64,000 bases of DNA from positions 1 through 64,000 of the forward strand of contig CAXXJS010000017.1 of NCBI GenBank assembly GCA_963662665.2, in the 5' to 3' direction. A program made the translations under genes and the position numbers. This DNA is from Candidatus Latescibacterota bacterium (GTDB lineage: Bacteria; Latescibacterota; UBA2968; GCA-2709665). Every line of letters begins with the position of its first letter. Within the stretch, counting starts at the first letter, position 1. Shown in pieces: positions 37,401-47,944 of the stretch. The notes under the pieces are model-generated. The model had not been told where the DNA came from. It saw nothing but the letters and a program-made list of their open reading frames with translations, and searched no databases.

Positions 37401-38579
37401 TGCCACGACGCGCAGATTGAAGCGTTGGACAATCTCCTCTGGGCTGCAATTCAACACGCGGATAGAGCGACTTTGCAGAAGTTGGTCGAAAAGAAATTGT
37501 CCCGTTCGAGCATGAACGTGACCCAGCGCGTGCACTGGTTGGCGGCTGCGGCCATCCTTTCTCCAGAGCCGCACATAGACCATTTGGAAGAATACGTACA
37601 CGGTAAAGAAAAACGGATTCGACAACTAGCGGGGTTCTTTCCCAATGTATTTCCCCGCGCTGCATTCTCACTTGCCAACGTTGAGCTGGGAATCGGCGTA
37701 TCGGAAGTCTTGGTTCGCCTTATTGGAGTTTATTTCGGACCACATCAGAGATGGCATGACGTCGCCAATGAACGAATAGGCGGTTGGATTGGACCGGAAA
37801 TGCAAGCCGCCTGGCTTGTGGACGGTCTGATTCAGCGACTCTCGTGTATGCCTGGCAAGTCGGCGAGCATCGCGCTGGATAAGCTTCTCGAGAATAGCAC
37901 GCTTTCTGCCTGGCACGAAGTACTTTCTAGTGCGCGAGATTCACAGCGGGTCATTCGCAGAGACGCCTTCTATCGCCATCCCGATATCCAGGATGTTTGC
38001 CGGACTCTGGACAACTGCAGCCCGGCCAACGCGGCTGACCTTGCCGCGCTCCTGGTGGACAAATTGGACGAAATCGCCACGCAGATCCACGCCGGCAATA
38101 CCAACGATTGGCGGCAGTACTGGAACGAGGATCCCTACGGACGACCATCCAAACCGAAACCAGAGAATTCATGCAGGGATGCACTGCTTTCGGATCTTAA
38201 TCAATGCCTCCCGGGGGAAATCGACGCACAGCCGGAAGGACAGTATGCCAAGAACAATCGAGCCGACATTCGCGTATCGTCAGGCCGGGATTTTCAAGTG
38301 CCGATTGAAATCAAAAAAAACGACCATGCAGATCTGTGGACTGCGATAAAGACGCAGTTGATCGCAAAATACACCCGAGACCCGGGCGCTTCCGGACACG
38401 GCATCTACGTGGTGTTCTGGTTCGGCAAGGCGTACACCCGGCTTCCTCCATCGGGAAGGCGGCCTGAGACTCCCGAAGAGCTACAGCAACAGCTCAAGGC
38501 GACGCTTTCAGAGGATGAAACTCACCGGATATCGGTGCGTGTAATTAACGTTAGCAAAGACCCTGCGGATTCGCCATAG
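34491..38579 (+). CDS. NACHT/STAND-type NTPase with long helical region and C-terminal restriction-endonuclease-like domain
   Basis: LLGDPGSGKTT, LFIDGLDE, LSCR, NPLTLELL, HRHVAEFLAA; C-terminal RADIRV...PIEIK. Confidence 0.82.
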   Translation: MNMIVQRTCTVIPLGDEKGNPVRDSRPLADFRDTPAYVLLGDPGSGKTTAFGTEEKAHGDDACLISARDFLALDLDMHPEWRNTTLFIDGLDEVRAGSADARTPFDEIRNRLERLGRPRFRLSCREADWLGDNDWKRLTAVSPGSSVKVLRLDPLTELNIVQILEGKGVEDPQAFMENARERRIDGLLQNPLTLELLATVITRNEQWPESRQETFELACSHLVREHNIEHLVASRPANTNQLLDAAGRLCAIHLISGIEGYTQGTGDPDSDFPALEEIQYENPDALQSVPSTKLFKAHSGSFSRFAPIHRHVAEFLAARYLGGLIDNGLPALRVLSLITGEDGIVVTGLRGLSAWLAAHCKSARSELIIRDPAGVGLYGDIRGFSLDEKRILLNTLNREVSHLDSIPSVSAFSPLATPILEPVFRDILSNSSRETEHQTYVDFVLRLLREGSAIPGLSDLLVDIVRDETRWPGINVLALDAFVLCEAKEPRILKSLLKDVEAGHVSDPDNEILGTLLWRLYPKEIPPSVVWKYLFENASTSVAGRYLRFWEYDLIEISSDAQVAELLDNLRLRLAELNIEPARAELPYSFPLKLLSRGLSVQGDKLDIDRLYDWLDAGLSGSHNRDEIVGDIRIWIDKRPELQKDIILEGLKRCPESDEFRYHAMKVQERLYGAVLSPNVGLWYLEQAVLNAQLKPQVAKHLLELAWLCHSQQSGNEGLSLEHFEKYTGKCELLKSPLAVLRAPDTVPRGDRVADQDRYGERYIDQSRRQNEEWLDHLSANEEALRENRAAPALLHKIAEVYFGNFLNFNVESATGSIEKHLRGERSLIEAALLGLRLTIEREDIPGLNEILELREKGRKHYLEWPFLAGLAEAERTTPVDSILSDRGRICSAIAFYYCTPHGEYRPEWYARLLMERPEIVADVQVRFASAELRGSCHPIPKLWELAQDQCHAAVAKFASVSLLRAFPTRCHDAQIEALDNLLWAAIQHADRATLQKLVEKKLSRSSMNVTQRVHWLAAAAILSPEPHIDHLEEYVHGKEKRIRQLAGFFPNVFPRAAFSLANVELGIGVSEVLVRLIGVYFGPHQRWHDVANERIGGWIGPEMQAAWLVDGLIQRLSCMPGKSASIALDKLLENSTLSAWHEVLSSARDSQRVIRRDAFYRHPDIQDVCRTLDNCSPANAADLAALLVDKLDEIATQIHAGNTNDWRQYWNEDPYGRPSKPKPENSCRDALLSDLNQCLPGEIDAQPEGQYAKNNRADIRVSSGRDFQVPIEIKKNDHADLWTAIKTQLIAKYTRDPGASGHGIYVVFWFGKAYTRLPPSGRRPETPEELQQQLKATLSEDETHRISVRVINVSKDPADSP

Positions 38580-38799
38580 AATTGGCAGGGAGGTTGGTGC
38601 GGGCGGCGGGGCTCGAACGAGTAAGCCTTCGGCCCTGGGAGACTCGATCTCGCTTTGCCGCTGCCCCGTATCAAGTGACCATAAGAAATCTTATAATAAC
38701 ACAAGAAATTTTGTGATTGCGGCTTGCAGGCATATTTGCCGTGCCAACCGGGAGTATTAGCGGTTCATTCCACCATACAACCATACAGGAGAGAAACCG

Positions 38800-39090
38800 A
38801 TGCCGGAGTCCATATTAGAAAGGCTGAATGAGGGTGTGGTGCTGGGGGATGGGGGGTACCTGCTCGCGCTGGAGAACCGGGGCTACGTCCAGGCCGGTCC
38901 TTTCACGCCGGAAGTAACCATCGAGAATCCCAACGCGCTTCTGGCGCTGCACGAGGAATTCCTGCACGCCGGGGCCGAAGTCCTCCAGGTGCTTACGTTT
39001 TACGCCAGCGAAAACAAACTCGCGCAGACCGGATACGCGGGCATGCTGGAAGCAATCAACCGCGCGGCCGTCCGGATCGCCCGGGCCGGC
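38800..39090 (+). pseudogene. Truncated homocysteine S-methyltransferase (first ~95 codons)
   Basis: VVLGDGG, LHEEFLHAGAEVLQ..TFYAS, INRAAVRIAR, then similarity stops and the frame runs antisense into the PPTase gene. Confidence 0.78.
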
Positions 39091-39094
39091 GGGT

Positions 39095-39859
39095 TCAACC
39101 GGCCCGCCACTCCCAGCACGTCACCCGGTATCCCTGTCCCTTCAACGCCACGGCGCCAACGTAGCCGTCTCCGGGCTGCAGCGCCTGCAAAAACCACTCT
39201 GACGGCGCCGACGGATTGTCGGTGGCTTGCAGCAGCGCCGCGGGCGCACCGGGCGCCAGCGAAACTTCGAACCCATCCAGGGGGCAGGCAAGCCCGGTCC
39301 CCAATGCCTTTATATACGCCTCTTTACGGGTCCAGCAGTTGAAAAACGCCTCGTACTGGACCTCCGGCGCCAGCGCCCGGATCACGTCCACTTCCCCCGG
39401 TGCGAAATAACGACCCGCCAGCCGCAGGTGCGCTTTCACGGCCCGGATGCGTTCCACGTCCACCCCCACCTCCCGCGCGCGCACCACCGCCAGGACGGCG
39501 AGTTCGCCGGTATGGGATAGGTTGAAGCGCACCGCGTCTCCATCCGAACCCGTCTTAAGGAACGGTTTGCCCCGCGAGCCATACCCGAATTCCAGCCGCT
39601 CGGGCGCCAACCCCACGTACCCACCCAGGATCCTCCGGAGAGACGCCCTGCCGGCAATGAAACGCGCCCGGTGTCGGTCAAAGACAAACCGGGCGGCGCG
39701 GGCGTTCTCGTCGTCGGAAAGCACGTCCTGCATCTCTGGAACCTCTGAAGCCGGCCGGTCCAGACGCATGCGCCAGACCTGAATCTCACTATCCGATACG
39801 GCAGGAGGTTCCAACGTGGGGCGCCAGATTGCGGTTTCAGTCTTGTTGAAATGACTCAC
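39095..39859 (-). CDS. Sfp-type 4'-phosphopantetheinyl transferase
   Basis: [27 protein letters not shown]; GTG start overlaps the upstream stop codon. Confidence 0.9.
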   Translation of the reverse strand: MSHFNKTETAIWRPTLEPPAVSDSEIQVWRMRLDRPASEVPEMQDVLSDDENARAARFVFDRHRARFIAGRASLRRILGGYVGLAPERLEFGYGSRGKPFLKTGSDGDAVRFNLSHTGELAVLAVVRAREVGVDVERIRAVKAHLRLAGRYFAPGEVDVIRALAPEVQYEAFFNCWTRKEAYIKALGTGLACPLDGFEVSLAPGAPAALLQATDNPSAPSEWFLQALQPGDGYVGAVALKGQGYRVTCWEWRAG

Positions 39860-41844
39860 GTGGACGAACCGCCGTTCAACCGTTTCACAATTGCCTCCAC
39901 GTCGTACACGCAACCCCCCCAGGTCCCTCCGCCCACGTTCTGCAGCGCCGCCCACAGCCGTGTATCCTCCGGCAGGTCCGGGTCGGGCGCCAGGTCGGAG
40001 CGCGGGGCCCGGTCGGCCAGAATGCGGCGACCCTCGTCCGGGTCAAAACGGGTCCCGTCCGCGCCAACAAAGTGGATGCTCCCCGAAAGGCCATTCCGGT
40101 CGATCACGATTTCCACGACGTCTCCATCCTCCAACTTGCCGATCGGGCCGCCGGCCAGCGCCTCCGGGCCAACGTGACCGATGCACGCTCCCGTGGAGAA
40201 CCCCGAGAAACGGGCGTCCGTCAGCACCGCCACTTGTTTTCCCCAGTCCAGGTATTTGAGCGCGGTTGTGATCTGTGCAATTTCCTCCATCCCCGCGCCC
40301 ATCGGGCCCCGCCCGATCAGTACCATCACGTCGCCCGGTTTAACGCCGCTCGGGCCGGGATCTTTCAGCGCGGCGGCAGCTGCCCGTTCGGTGGTGAACA
40401 CCTTGACCGGGCCGGTCATCCGGTAGACGCCATCCGCGTCCACAACCGAAGGGTCGATCGCCGTGCTCTTGACCACGGACCCTTCCGGCGCGATATTTCC
40501 AGTGGGAAAACAGACGGTGCTGGTCAACCCTCGTTCCCGTGCGCGGTCGGCATCCATAATCACGTTGTCCGGATCGATTCCGTCCTGAACGCGAAGCGCC
40601 TCCCGTAACCTCGATCGCCGCTCGGACCCCTCCCACCAGTCCAGGTTATCACCCAGCGTCCTTCCGGAAATCGTGAGCGCGTCAACTTCGAGCAACCCGA
40701 GTCTTCGCAGGTGCAGCATGACCTCCGGCGCCCCGCCCGCCAGAAACGCCCGGATCGTTGGATGGAACTGGGGGCCGTTCGGCAGGACGTCCACCAGGCG
40801 CGGAACCTGGCGGTTCACGTGGTTCCAGTCGGCCACGGCAGGGCGCTTGCGCCCGGCCGCATAGGCCACCGCCGGTATATGCAACAGCAGGTTGGTGGAT
40901 CCGCCGAAAGCGGCATGCGTTGCCATCGCATTGTGGACCGCGGCGTCCGTGATCACGTCGGCCGTGGTGAGCCCTGAGACCTGCATCGCGAACACCGCAC
41001 GGGCGGATCTGAGCGCCATGTCCAGCCAGACCGCCTGTCCCGACGGCGCCAGGGCTGAATGGGTCACCGCAAATCCGAGCGCTTCGGCCACCACCTGCGA
41101 AGTCGCCGCCGTGCCCAGAAACTGGCAGCCTCCCCCCGGCGACGCGCACGCCCGGCAACCCAGGTCCTGCACCTCTGAAAGCGTCATTTCACCGTGCGCC
41201 AGCCGGACGCCTGCGGACTGGATCTTGCCGGCGTCTTCACCGTCTTCCGGCGGAAGCGTCACGCCTCCCGGAACGATCGCCGTGGGCAGCGAATGCATCG
41301 CCGCAAGGGCGATCATCATCGCGGGCAATCCCTTATCGCATGTGGCAACGCCAATGACCCCTTTTCGGGTGGGAAGCGAGCGGATCAGGCGCCGGAGCAC
41401 CGTGGCCGCGTCGTTGCGGTACGCGAGGCTGTCCATCATGCCCGTCGTGCCCTGCGTACGTCCGTCGCAGGGGTCGGAGCAATACCCCGCAAAGGGAATT
41501 CCGCCCAGGCGATGAATCTCCAGGGCGGCCTCCCGCATCAGCAGCCCGACCTCCCAGTGCCCGGTATGATATCCCAGCGCAACGGGGCGGCCGTCCGGCT
41601 CCCGGATCCCCCCCATGGTACTCAGGATCAGGAACTCCGGCCGGCCCAGTTCCGCCGGATTCCACCCCATACCCGCGTTTTGGCTGTACCCGAAGATATC
41701 TCCGCTGGGCGATTCGATCACGCGTTCTTCGGTCAGCGAAATCAGACGGCCTTCGGGACCCGGCGCACGCGTGCGAATCTCGTATACGGATTCGTCTCCG
41801 GATTGCTGGATCGTTTGAAAGGATGGATTGCCTGCACCAGGCAT
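39856..41844 (-). CDS. YjhG/YagF-family D-xylonate dehydratase (IlvD/Edd superfamily)
   Basis: [51 protein letters not shown]; start uncertain. Confidence 0.88.
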   Translation of the reverse strand: MPGAGNPSFQTIQQSGDESVYEIRTRAPGPEGRLISLTEERVIESPSGDIFGYSQNAGMGWNPAELGRPEFLILSTMGGIREPDGRPVALGYHTGHWEVGLLMREAALEIHRLGGIPFAGYCSDPCDGRTQGTTGMMDSLAYRNDAATVLRRLIRSLPTRKGVIGVATCDKGLPAMMIALAAMHSLPTAIVPGGVTLPPEDGEDAGKIQSAGVRLAHGEMTLSEVQDLGCRACASPGGGCQFLGTAATSQVVAEALGFAVTHSALAPSGQAVWLDMALRSARAVFAMQVSGLTTADVITDAAVHNAMATHAAFGGSTNLLLHIPAVAYAAGRKRPAVADWNHVNRQVPRLVDVLPNGPQFHPTIRAFLAGGAPEVMLHLRRLGLLEVDALTISGRTLGDNLDWWEGSERRSRLREALRVQDGIDPDNVIMDADRARERGLTSTVCFPTGNIAPEGSVVKSTAIDPSVVDADGVYRMTGPVKVFTTERAAAAALKDPGPSGVKPGDVMVLIGRGPMGAGMEEIAQITTALKYLDWGKQVAVLTDARFSGFSTGACIGHVGPEALAGGPIGKLEDGDVVEIVIDRNGLSGSIHFVGADGTRFDPDEGRRILADRAPRSDLAPDPDLPEDTRLWAALQNVGGGTWGGCVYDVEAIVKRLNGGSST

Positions 41845-41874
41845 GAAAACTCCTCACATCGCAGCCGTCGCCGG

Positions 41875-41946
41875 CCCTTCGACAGGCTCAGGGCGAGCGC
41901 TCAGGGGATGGGCTCGGCTACTGCGACTCCCACTCAAGTGGGGAGT
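41875..41946. repeat. REP-like palindromes
   Basis: cccttcgacaggctcagggcga and actcccactcaagtggggagt hairpins. Confidence 0.55.
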
Positions 41947-42064
41947 GATTGAACCTTCAAACGGGCTCGCCCGATAACTGCCACCTGTTTGGTTGCGGCT
42001 AAAGCATAGCGAAACCGCGCCAGGTATTCTTGGGACGGGACATCTGTTCCGGATGGGACGTCGT

Positions 42065-42835
42065 TCATTCCAGCCCCATTCCCCGCAGGTTGCGCAGACT
42101 GATGCCCAGGGCTTCGAACGGGTCCCGCTGGCAGGTGTCCTGCTCCACGATGTACCACCGGGTGCCCGCGGCCTCACAGGCATCCAGAATTGCCGGCCAG
42201 TTCAGGTTACCCTCGCCCACCTCGGCGTAAAGCTGCTCCCGGCCGCGCATCGCCATATCCTTCACGTGAACAAGGTCCGCCCTGCCCGCGGCCTTGCGGA
42301 TCCACGCGGCAGGATCTCCGCCTCCGTGCTGTATCCAATAGGTGTCGATCTCAAGCTGAAAAACCTCCGGATCGCTTTCTTCAAACAGGATCTGCAGTCC
42401 CGTGCGATCGCCGAATCGCTCCAGTTCAAAACTGTGGTTGTGATACCCGAACGTGAGGCCGGCCGCCGCAAGCTTTCCCGCCACCTCGGATGCTTCGAGG
42501 GCGAACCGTCTGTAACCGTCTCCGCCGGCTTCGCGATAATTCTGGGGAAGCCCCCCGATTGCCGGGTACCGGCATCCCCACAACAGATGCTCGTCGATGA
42601 CAGCCTGTGTTTCATCCCTCATGCGTTCGAAGCTCGTGTGGGTGGCGCAGATCTCGAGGCCCTCGCCGTCCGCCAGGTTCTTGAGTTCCCGGGGGCTGAT
42701 CTCCCCGAATGCCGACACCTGCATGGCGTCGTATCCCAGTGCTTTCACCTTTTTCAGACTGGCAGCGACGTCTGCGGGGGTTTGTGTGAATTCCCGCACT
42801 GTATACATCTGCGCAGCCAATACCGTACCGGCCAT
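42065..42835 (-). CDS. Sugar phosphate isomerase/epimerase (xylose isomerase-like TIM barrel)
   Basis: QMYTVR, YHNHSFE, EIDTYW, VHVKD, YIVEQD. Confidence 0.88.
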   Translation of the reverse strand: MAGTVLAAQMYTVREFTQTPADVAASLKKVKALGYDAMQVSAFGEISPRELKNLADGEGLEICATHTSFERMRDETQAVIDEHLLWGCRYPAIGGLPQNYREAGGDGYRRFALEASEVAGKLAAAGLTFGYHNHSFELERFGDRTGLQILFEESDPEVFQLEIDTYWIQHGGGDPAAWIRKAAGRADLVHVKDMAMRGREQLYAEVGEGNLNWPAILDACEAAGTRWYIVEQDTCQRDPFEALGISLRNLRGMGLE

Positions 42836-43099
42836 CTTCCGCTCCTTTCAACAATCGCGAATACATCCTGAATACGCTCGATACCAGGTAGAAAATACCA
42901 CAGGACCGCCGAATTTACAAGCCGAGTTTTTCCGCCGGAAGCAGGATGCCGCTCGAAGATTGACGAAATAATTTTTAGCTGGTTTTTTTGCGAAACCACT
43001 GTATTTTAAGTTCGAAGTTTCCGCTCCCCGATCCGTCCCCCGTAGTGCGCGATCCCCCCTGTTTCAACCGAACCCCCTGCCTCGCAGAGGAGCCCGTTT

Positions 43100-45364
43100 A
43101 TGTCTGCATTGCAGTACGCGACAACCCGGCAGGAACGCCGTAACCGGACGCTGCTGGACGGTTCGCGATATCTGTCCGACGTCGTCACGTCCCAGGTCCT
43201 CCCGTTTCATATCGACGTCCGCCGTACCGATGCACTAACCGAAGGGCAAGTCAATACGCTTACCGCGCTTCAGATCGACGCCGCCCGCACCGCCGTTCGC
43301 TCCCTGGCGTCTCTGGCCGGAATCGGCGAAGCGGATCACCTGGGCGGCGGTATCGGCCTGATACCCCCGCTGCTGCTCACCCTTGCGATTGTCGACTTCG
43401 AACGCATCGAGTATACAATAGAACACGCCCACACCAGCATCGGATACTATGCGGCGCTTTCCGCCATGGGTTTTGTAAACCCCGAACACGTGGTTGCCGG
43501 CTTTCGCCGCGGCCTCGACCTTCCCGGCCATGTTTCCTGGCTGCCGGGCGGTACGCAGATGAACGGCGGCCGCCTGGGCGTGATGATTCCCGTTGCGGTT
43601 GGCAACGCGCTGGGCAAACGCGGCGCGTACGGCGACGGGTGCTGGGTGGTGGCCCACTGCGGCGACGCCGGGTGGATATCGGGCCAGGCGCTCAACGGCT
43701 TCAACGCGGCGCACGTTCACGGGGCGCCCGTCACGTTCGTGATGGACCGGAACGGCATCCAGCTCTCGGGCAGCACCAAAAGCATTCTGGACAAAGATCC
43801 CCGTTCCATCGTCGCGGCCATGGGTGTCGAGGTCCTGGAAATCCCAACGCTGCTGGATCCCGCCGGTCTGTACAGGGGGTACCGGGAAGCGTACGCCCTG
43901 GCGCAGGAAGGCCGCCCCTGTATGATATATCCCGTGGGCTTCCGGTCCGGGAACGGCAAACGGATCGACCTGGCGCGTTTCGGCGAATACCACGGCATTC
44001 TCCAGGAGGTTAAAGCCTTCGCCGGCCGGCACGACGTGCCTCTGGATCACGAGATCTGGGTCCCCGGATCGCTGATGAGTTATAGAGACGTGGAACCCAT
44101 GCTTGAGTGTCTCTTCCTTGTGAACGATCTCCCCGGCGGCGCGGGCCATCACGACGGGGGCATGAAGGGCCGAAACGAAGCCGACGTGCTCGCCAGTCCC
44201 ATGTTCCGGGCCTCGCCCGTCCAGGAGGAAGCGCTTGAGAACCTGAAGTCGCAGCCGGCCCGCAGGGTTGAAACCCGCGCCCGACCGGCACCGGGAAGCC
44301 CGAACCTGGTTCTGCCCGACGGCGCGGTGGAGAGCGTCTCGCTGCCCGGACCGGGTGAGATGAAGAGCGCCCGCGACGGTTCGGAAGCCGGTTACGCGCT
44401 GGTGGCCGAAGCCTTTCCCGACCAGGTCTTCGTGGTCAGTTGCGACCTGGACGCCTCCACCAAACTGGCAAAGGCACGGAGCTACCTGGCACAAAACCAT
44501 CAGTTCGAGATCAGCATCGAAGAACAGGCCGCTACCCTCATCGCCAACGGCCTGGCCACGAGTACGCGGAAACCGCAGCTGAACGTGGTGTCCACCTTCG
44601 CGGCGTTCTTCGAAGGTATTGCCCGCGAGGGCTTTGACATGTGGCAGTATCAGCGCAACCTGACGGGCGTGAACGAAGGCCTGAACGTGGCTTTCCATCT
44701 CTCACACGTCGGCGCGTGTACGGGCCGTGACCACTTCTCCGGCTGGGGCCTGGACTGGATCAACGTGGGCCTCAGCTACCTTCCGTACCTGCACCGGTTC
44801 TACGCCCCGGCCGACGCACGGTCGGCCTTTCTCGCCGTGATCGACGTGGCCGCCAGCTATGGCGGGCACATCATCGGTATCCCGCGGGACAACCTGCCCG
44901 TACTCGAGAAGCAGGACGGCTCCGGCCCTCTCTGGGCGCAGGATGAGAAATGGCGAGCCGTCACACCCTACCGGTCGTATGCCAATGCCAGGCGCGCGAT
45001 TCTGGCATTCGGCGCGCCGGCCTTCCTGGCTGCCGAGGCCGCGCACCGTCTGGATCAACGGGGCGTTGGCGCAGACGTATACATCGTGAACGGACTGCCA
45101 GTGCCGAACGGATGCCTGGAATCGTTGATTTCACGATATCCGGAGGGTGTCGTCACCATCGAAGACGGCAAGATCGGCACGCCCGAAACCGGCCTCAGGG
45201 GGTTTGCGGGGCTGGCGGCCACCGTGGCCGGATCCCGCGATATTGCCCATGCGCACGTGGGCCTGACCGATCCGAAAACCGCCCCATCGGACGGGCATAT
45301 GGAAACCTGGGCGCACTTCGGCATCACCACCGATGCGCTGGTCGATGCGGTCGCAGGTCTGTAA
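43100..45364 (+). CDS. Divergent transketolase-like ThDP enzyme
   Basis: DHLGG, LPGH, GD...DRNGIQLSG ThDP motif, DLDAST, ISIEEQ, TFAAF, VGACTGRDH. Confidence 0.75.
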   Translation: MSALQYATTRQERRNRTLLDGSRYLSDVVTSQVLPFHIDVRRTDALTEGQVNTLTALQIDAARTAVRSLASLAGIGEADHLGGGIGLIPPLLLTLAIVDFERIEYTIEHAHTSIGYYAALSAMGFVNPEHVVAGFRRGLDLPGHVSWLPGGTQMNGGRLGVMIPVAVGNALGKRGAYGDGCWVVAHCGDAGWISGQALNGFNAAHVHGAPVTFVMDRNGIQLSGSTKSILDKDPRSIVAAMGVEVLEIPTLLDPAGLYRGYREAYALAQEGRPCMIYPVGFRSGNGKRIDLARFGEYHGILQEVKAFAGRHDVPLDHEIWVPGSLMSYRDVEPMLECLFLVNDLPGGAGHHDGGMKGRNEADVLASPMFRASPVQEEALENLKSQPARRVETRARPAPGSPNLVLPDGAVESVSLPGPGEMKSARDGSEAGYALVAEAFPDQVFVVSCDLDASTKLAKARSYLAQNHQFEISIEEQAATLIANGLATSTRKPQLNVVSTFAAFFEGIAREGFDMWQYQRNLTGVNEGLNVAFHLSHVGACTGRDHFSGWGLDWINVGLSYLPYLHRFYAPADARSAFLAVIDVAASYGGHIIGIPRDNLPVLEKQDGSGPLWAQDEKWRAVTPYRSYANARRAILAFGAPAFLAAEAAHRLDQRGVGADVYIVNGLPVPNGCLESLISRYPEGVVTIEDGKIGTPETGLRGFAGLAATVAGSRDIAHAHVGLTDPKTAPSDGHMETWAHFGITTDALVDAVAGL

Positions 45365-45563
45365 GGAGGAACTGCAAGAATCGGGAAAGGGACTACGGAA
45401 GGAAGGTAAATCAAACGGTGACGGCCGTTGGACGGCCCCCGTATTTATACCGGCAGGTGAGAAAAAGATCTGATTCTGAGTGTGTGATCGCCTGCGCTCG
45501 GGCGCCTTGCGAGCCGGGCGACTCGGCGGCTGAATTCAGGCAACTTATTTCTGGGACAGAACA

Positions 45564-46892
45564 CTAGAATATTCTGTAACTCAGCCCCATATTGAAACTC
45601 TGCCTGGAATCTTCCCCTCGAACAACGCGAAAGGATTCAGAGAGCGTCATATTGAACTTGTTTTCAATATAAAAGCTGAGCGCAAAAGAAATATTCGAAC
45701 TTAACTGGGCCTCGTCGTCTTGCCGTTTCTGCGCACGGATTATTTTCAGTGTCGTGAACCTGATCCTGTTCGTTACCTCGTAGATGAAATCCGTCCTCAG
45801 GCGCAGATGGTACCCCCTTCCAAAGGCACTTGAAAAAGGCGTATCGTAGCTGAAGTCGGTGTTGATCTGCGTGCTCCAGCTGATCGGGTGGGAATACCGC
45901 AGACCGATCAGCAGACCGGGCGGCCGCCGGTCCTGGTCCCTGTATGGATTCAACATGTGAAACTGCACGCCGGTGGTAATATCCCAACCGTAGAATCTCT
46001 TGCTGATCTGCTCCTGGGTCAGCACTTCCTGTATCCGCACCAGGCCGAATCCGATCTCGTCTCCCAGAACCCTCCGCGACTTCCTGATTTCCGCCAGCAT
46101 GTCTTCGAACCAGTAGTTCTGATACCGGTCTCCATGCTGTTCCTTGTACTCGCGTTCCCTGTCTATGATGTGCGCCAGTTCAATCATCGTTTCCTTTGAG
46201 AAATGATCGCCGATGATGCCTTCCTCCAGAAAGAAATCCTCGATCCTCACGGCTTTTCGAAGCGCGGTCGCGTCAATAAAGCGTCCGTGCCCGAAGCCCA
46301 GCGTCATTTCGATATTCGGTCGATCGTATCCGGTATCGAAGTCGGATTCCGTGCCCCACGAATAGAAAAAGCTGCCTTCATGCCGGTGGTACTTCTTCAC
46401 GTTCGTCTTCACCTGGGTCAGGGCGTCGCTCTCGATTTCCTTGTTGATGATATTTTTCCTGAACAGACCCTCACCAGTGGCGTCTACGGAGTAGGCATAC
46501 GGAAGCGACTCGTAGAACTTCTTGTAGACAACGGTCATGTTTCCATTCTGAACAACGGTCTCGTCACCCTGGGTTGCGTAGTTGAAGCTGAGCGCGTCGA
46601 CGCGGAGGTTGTGCGCCCGGCTGACGGGTACCACGTAATCGGTAATGGACACGTTCTGGGCCGCAGCCGGTGAAACCGTCAGCAAAACGACCGCGGCGGG
46701 CCTTGCAAGCAGTATCCGCAGCAGAAAATGCAAATATCCGGGCAGAGCAAGGAGATTGTGCGGCAGTCCCCGGCTTTGCGGATACACCCGGCCTGCGTTG
46801 TACGTTTCCGCGGAACCGAATCCCGGCCTGTGCGCCCGTTCCGTGAATGTCTTCAGGATCTGATCCCGCCTCACTCCTGTGTTGCCTGTCAT
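45564..46892 (-). CDS. Probable outer-membrane beta-barrel protein (true start likely internal)
   Basis: Signal-like LLTVSPAAA-Q; C-terminal MGLSYRIF aromatic signature. Confidence 0.65.
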   Translation of the reverse strand: MTGNTGVRRDQILKTFTERAHRPGFGSAETYNAGRVYPQSRGLPHNLLALPGYLHFLLRILLARPAAVVLLTVSPAAAQNVSITDYVVPVSRAHNLRVDALSFNYATQGDETVVQNGNMTVVYKKFYESLPYAYSVDATGEGLFRKNIINKEIESDALTQVKTNVKKYHRHEGSFFYSWGTESDFDTGYDRPNIEMTLGFGHGRFIDATALRKAVRIEDFFLEEGIIGDHFSKETMIELAHIIDREREYKEQHGDRYQNYWFEDMLAEIRKSRRVLGDEIGFGLVRIQEVLTQEQISKRFYGWDITTGVQFHMLNPYRDQDRRPPGLLIGLRYSHPISWSTQINTDFSYDTPFSSAFGRGYHLRLRTDFIYEVTNRIRFTTLKIIRAQKRQDDEAQLSSNISFALSFYIENKFNMTLSESFRVVRGEDSRQSFNMGLSYRIF

Positions 46893-46906
46893 TGTTCGGT
46901 CCCCCT

Positions 46907-47662
46907 TTATTGGTCCGGGGCGTCTGCCCCGGAATCCATATCCGGTGAATCCGGTCGCTCCTTCAAGAATGAAATATCGTCGTAATCGGCTTTTACGTGC
47001 GCGTGTGTGTTATCCGAGTCCGTTAACACGGCAACGGCGCCGACGAGTCGGGGATCGCTGCCGAAAAGGCGTTTGTAGTCTTCATAGGCGTTGACTTCCT
47101 CCCAGATCCATTCGCCCAACTTTCCTCTGCCGGATTCCAGGACGATCACTTTGGTATTTTCACTGTGCGGGCTTTCCGTCTCCGTACCCTCCGGCAGCGA
47201 CGCGCTCCAGACGTACTTCAGTGTTTTTGGGATATATCGGCCCTTGAAAACCAGCCGCACAGCCGCCGCGCTGTCGTTTGTCTTCTTGCGGGTCTCGTTA
47301 CCGCCGGCCGGGAGGCTGTGCACCCGCCACCGCCACCTCAGCTTCTCGAAGACACGGAGGTTGATTTTTACGGGGAGTCCCGCGTTCGTGGCCTTGCCGA
47401 CGGTTTCGGCCCTCAGGAAATGGTCGCCGTCCTCTGCCTGAATCGTATAGTAGAGATCCTCTTTCTTCCTTGTTTTCTTCTGGCGCCAGCCCACCCTCGC
47501 TTCCCAGTTCCCGGGAAACCGCCCGAGCTGATCGGGGTACTCGAATCGTTCCAGAACGAGGATCGAATCTCCCGAAGGCGTATAGAAACCCGGGGGCGGG
47601 TCGCCTGCATATGCCGTGGATCCGATCAGTAATCCAAGGAAGATTTTATGGACGCGTCTCAT
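46907..47662 (-). CDS. DUF3047 family secreted protein
   Basis: LRWRWRV..LP.GGNE, DSAA, LKYVWS, AVLTDSDNT, ADYDDI. Confidence 0.8.
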   Translation of the reverse strand: MRRVHKIFLGLLIGSTAYAGDPPPGFYTPSGDSILVLERFEYPDQLGRFPGNWEARVGWRQKKTRKKEDLYYTIQAEDGDHFLRAETVGKATNAGLPVKINLRVFEKLRWRWRVHSLPAGGNETRKKTNDSAAAVRLVFKGRYIPKTLKYVWSASLPEGTETESPHSENTKVIVLESGRGKLGEWIWEEVNAYEDYKRLFGSDPRLVGAVAVLTDSDNTHAHVKADYDDISFLKERPDSPDMDSGADAPDQ

Positions 47663-47944
47663 AGGAAATTGGGCTGATTCCACTGCACGGAACGCCGCGG
47701 AACCGGCAAATCCCCGTCGAATTCGTGGTCGATCCGGGCCAACCGGTTGGTACCCGCCGCGTATTCCGAAAATATAGGAAATAGACTCTTCATGGTGTAC
47801 AAAAAAGCCCGAAACAACTGCCGCCTGCCGGTATCCCGCCCTTCGCGCCAGGGGTCGCACGATAATGGCAAAGTAAACCGCCACGGAATCCGTTTCCGTG
47901 GCGGCGATAATACCCATATTCACCACAAAGCGTCCGCTTATGCG

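Noticed and set aside
38800-39342. Full 180-aa ORF as an intact methyltransferase
   Set aside because: The C-terminal half is read-through antisense to the PPTase gene and lacks the Zn-binding cysteine motifs.
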